Source: Promethearchaeia archaeon (GTDB lineage Archaea; Asgardarchaeota; Lokiarchaeia; Sigyniarchaeales; SOKP01). From it: a stretch of DNA of 64,000 nucleotides. The translations under genes and the position numbers were made by a program. The stretch spans positions 45,637 to 109,636 of the forward strand of contig JAHQWL010000081.1 in assembly GCA_029856155.1 (NCBI GenBank). The letters are read 5' to 3'. Under the pieces are notes generated by a model. The model saw nothing but the letters and a program-made list of their open reading frames with translations, searched no databases and was not told where the DNA came from. Every line of letters starts with the position of its first letter. Position 1 is the stretch's first letter. Positions 62,769-64,000 of this stretch are shown here, in pieces.

Positions 62769-63020
62769 TTAAAATAGATTAATGTACTTATTTTCAATAC
62801 TATCCAGAGCTTCATTCAATAAATTGATTAATATAATATTATCATATACGTAGGTATTTTCTAAAACGTAATCTAAGATATCATTTGCGAGTTTCCTATC
62901 TTCTTTAGAATAATTCTGCATTTTTGATTTAAATAAAATCTCAAATTCTTCTTTTATCCAATCCAATTCTTTTTCTAAAAATTCTTCTATAATCTCATGA
63001 TACCTTATACTAACTTTCAT
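62769..63020 (-). CDS. Hypothetical acidic protein
   Basis: 83-aa ORF with ATG start. Confidence 0.65.
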   Translation of the reverse strand: MKVSIRYHEIIEEFLEKELDWIKEEFEILFKSKMQNYSKEDRKLANDILDYVLENTYVYDNIILINLLNEALDSIENKYINLF

Positions 63021-63160
63021 TAAAATACATCAACACTTTAAAATTAATATAAACTTAATACTTCTTTAAGTCAAATAAATTGAAACGGTTATAAATAATT
63101 TTCATAGACCATTCATTGAAAATATGTTTTATTCCATTAAAATTAATTTATAAGATAGAA

Positions 63161-64000
63161 TTACACTTTATGGTAAAGATATCTGTCATAGGTTACATAT
63201 TCCACTCTTCCCGTCTTAGAATTTTGATGAAATTTAACTTTTTGAAGATTTGAGGGAATTGTTGAAAATAATCTGAAAGTTAAATCATCGAAATTTTCAA
63301 TAATAAGGGGGAAATTAAAGACTCCATCATCCGATTCAACTTTAATATGAATGGACATAGCTTTAAAAGATACTTCTAATTTATACAAACCTAGGGATGA
63401 TTTATAACTGCCAGCAATTTTATCATAAATTTCAATTATTTTTAGTTTTTCATTAATTTTTTCAGGATCTTTTCCAACCATCAAAGTTAAAGCAGAAATT
63501 CCAACTATACCGCAAATTCCACTGTCATCATTTTCAGCAACGCTCACAGCAATATTTAACTCTGGGATTAATCCAAAAAAGGAAGTACTTACACCCAACC
63601 CTCCTCCATGATGAATTAGGGTGTTATTCAGAAAATCTTCCTCCCGAACCCAACCTAGACAGTATTTAGGAGCTTTCCCATAACCATATGGAGATTTAAT
63701 TCTAGGAGTCCAAAGCAATTCTATAGACTCTGATTCAATAATTCGCTTGTTCTTAAAAACTCCTTTTTGTAATAAACATTCAGCATAATTTAACATTTCA
63801 TGCATAGATGTATATAAACCACCAGGAGCTTGAAGATACTCTGAAAACGGTAACTTTGGTTTATCAAATTGCAATTTTTCCTCTGTTCCTTTATGAATAT
63901 ATCCTGTAATATAATCCTTCAATGGATCCTTTTCAAGTTGTTCTCGGTTGACCGTAGCACGTGTCATTTCTAAGGGTTTCAATAGTTCTTCACTTAAAAC
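63161..64000 (-). CDS. Serine hydrolase (beta-lactamase/AmpC-like), 5' end outside the window
   Basis: LKPLEM, APGGLYTS, YCLGW and HGGG; the frame stays open to the window edge. Confidence 0.88.
   Translation of the reverse strand, partial: VLSEELLKPLEMTRATVNREQLEKDPLKDYITGYIHKGTEEKLQFDKPKLPFSEYLQAPGGLYTSMHEMLNYAECLLQKGVFKNKRIIESESIELLWTPRIKSPYGYGKAPKYCLGWVREEDFLNNTLIHHGGGLGVSTSFFGLIPELNIAVSVAENDDSGICGIVGISALTLMVGKDPEKINEKLKIIEIYDKIAGSYKSSLGLYKLEVSFKAMSIHIKVESDDGVFNFPLIIENFDDLTFRLFSTIPSNLQKVKFHQNSKTGRVEYVTYDRYLYHKV

Noticed and set aside
1-64000. CRISPR array, rRNA, SRP/RNase P RNA, selenoprotein read-through
   Set aside because: No regularly spaced repeats, long GC-rich structured tracts or in-frame TGA-split redox genes were noticed by eye

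Overview
This is an AT-rich, gene-dense archaeal window. Archaeal rpS8e, SRP19, proteasome beta, HMf-type histone, Hef, GluRS, MtxX, a BHB-intron tRNA and many zinc-ribbon membrane proteins suggest an Asgard archaeon (Lokiarchaeia-like); the taxon is inferred, not proven. It holds about 55 CDS, two tRNAs (Arg-GCG, and Pro-GGG with a 31-nt T-arm intron), one IS element with terminal inverted repeats, and a ~1.05-kb tandem duplication of a 7TM gene. The strongest unannotated signal is a 16-codon leader peptide MATVRNFGWQWPWRWQ (4 Trp) with alternative hairpins and a U-tract directly upstream of trpB2, a candidate Trp-sensing ribosome-dependent attenuator in an archaeon. The second is a Toll-like-receptor-type architecture (five beta-helix ectodomain modules, one TM helix, cytoplasmic TIR) whose TIR is split by a 1-nt frameshift. 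Several eukaryote-like proteins are also present: adaptin-appendage-like, a prenyltransferase-barrel/winged-helix/coiled-coil giant, and a C13/Gpi8-like peptidase. All family calls come from reading motifs by eye; no searches were run.
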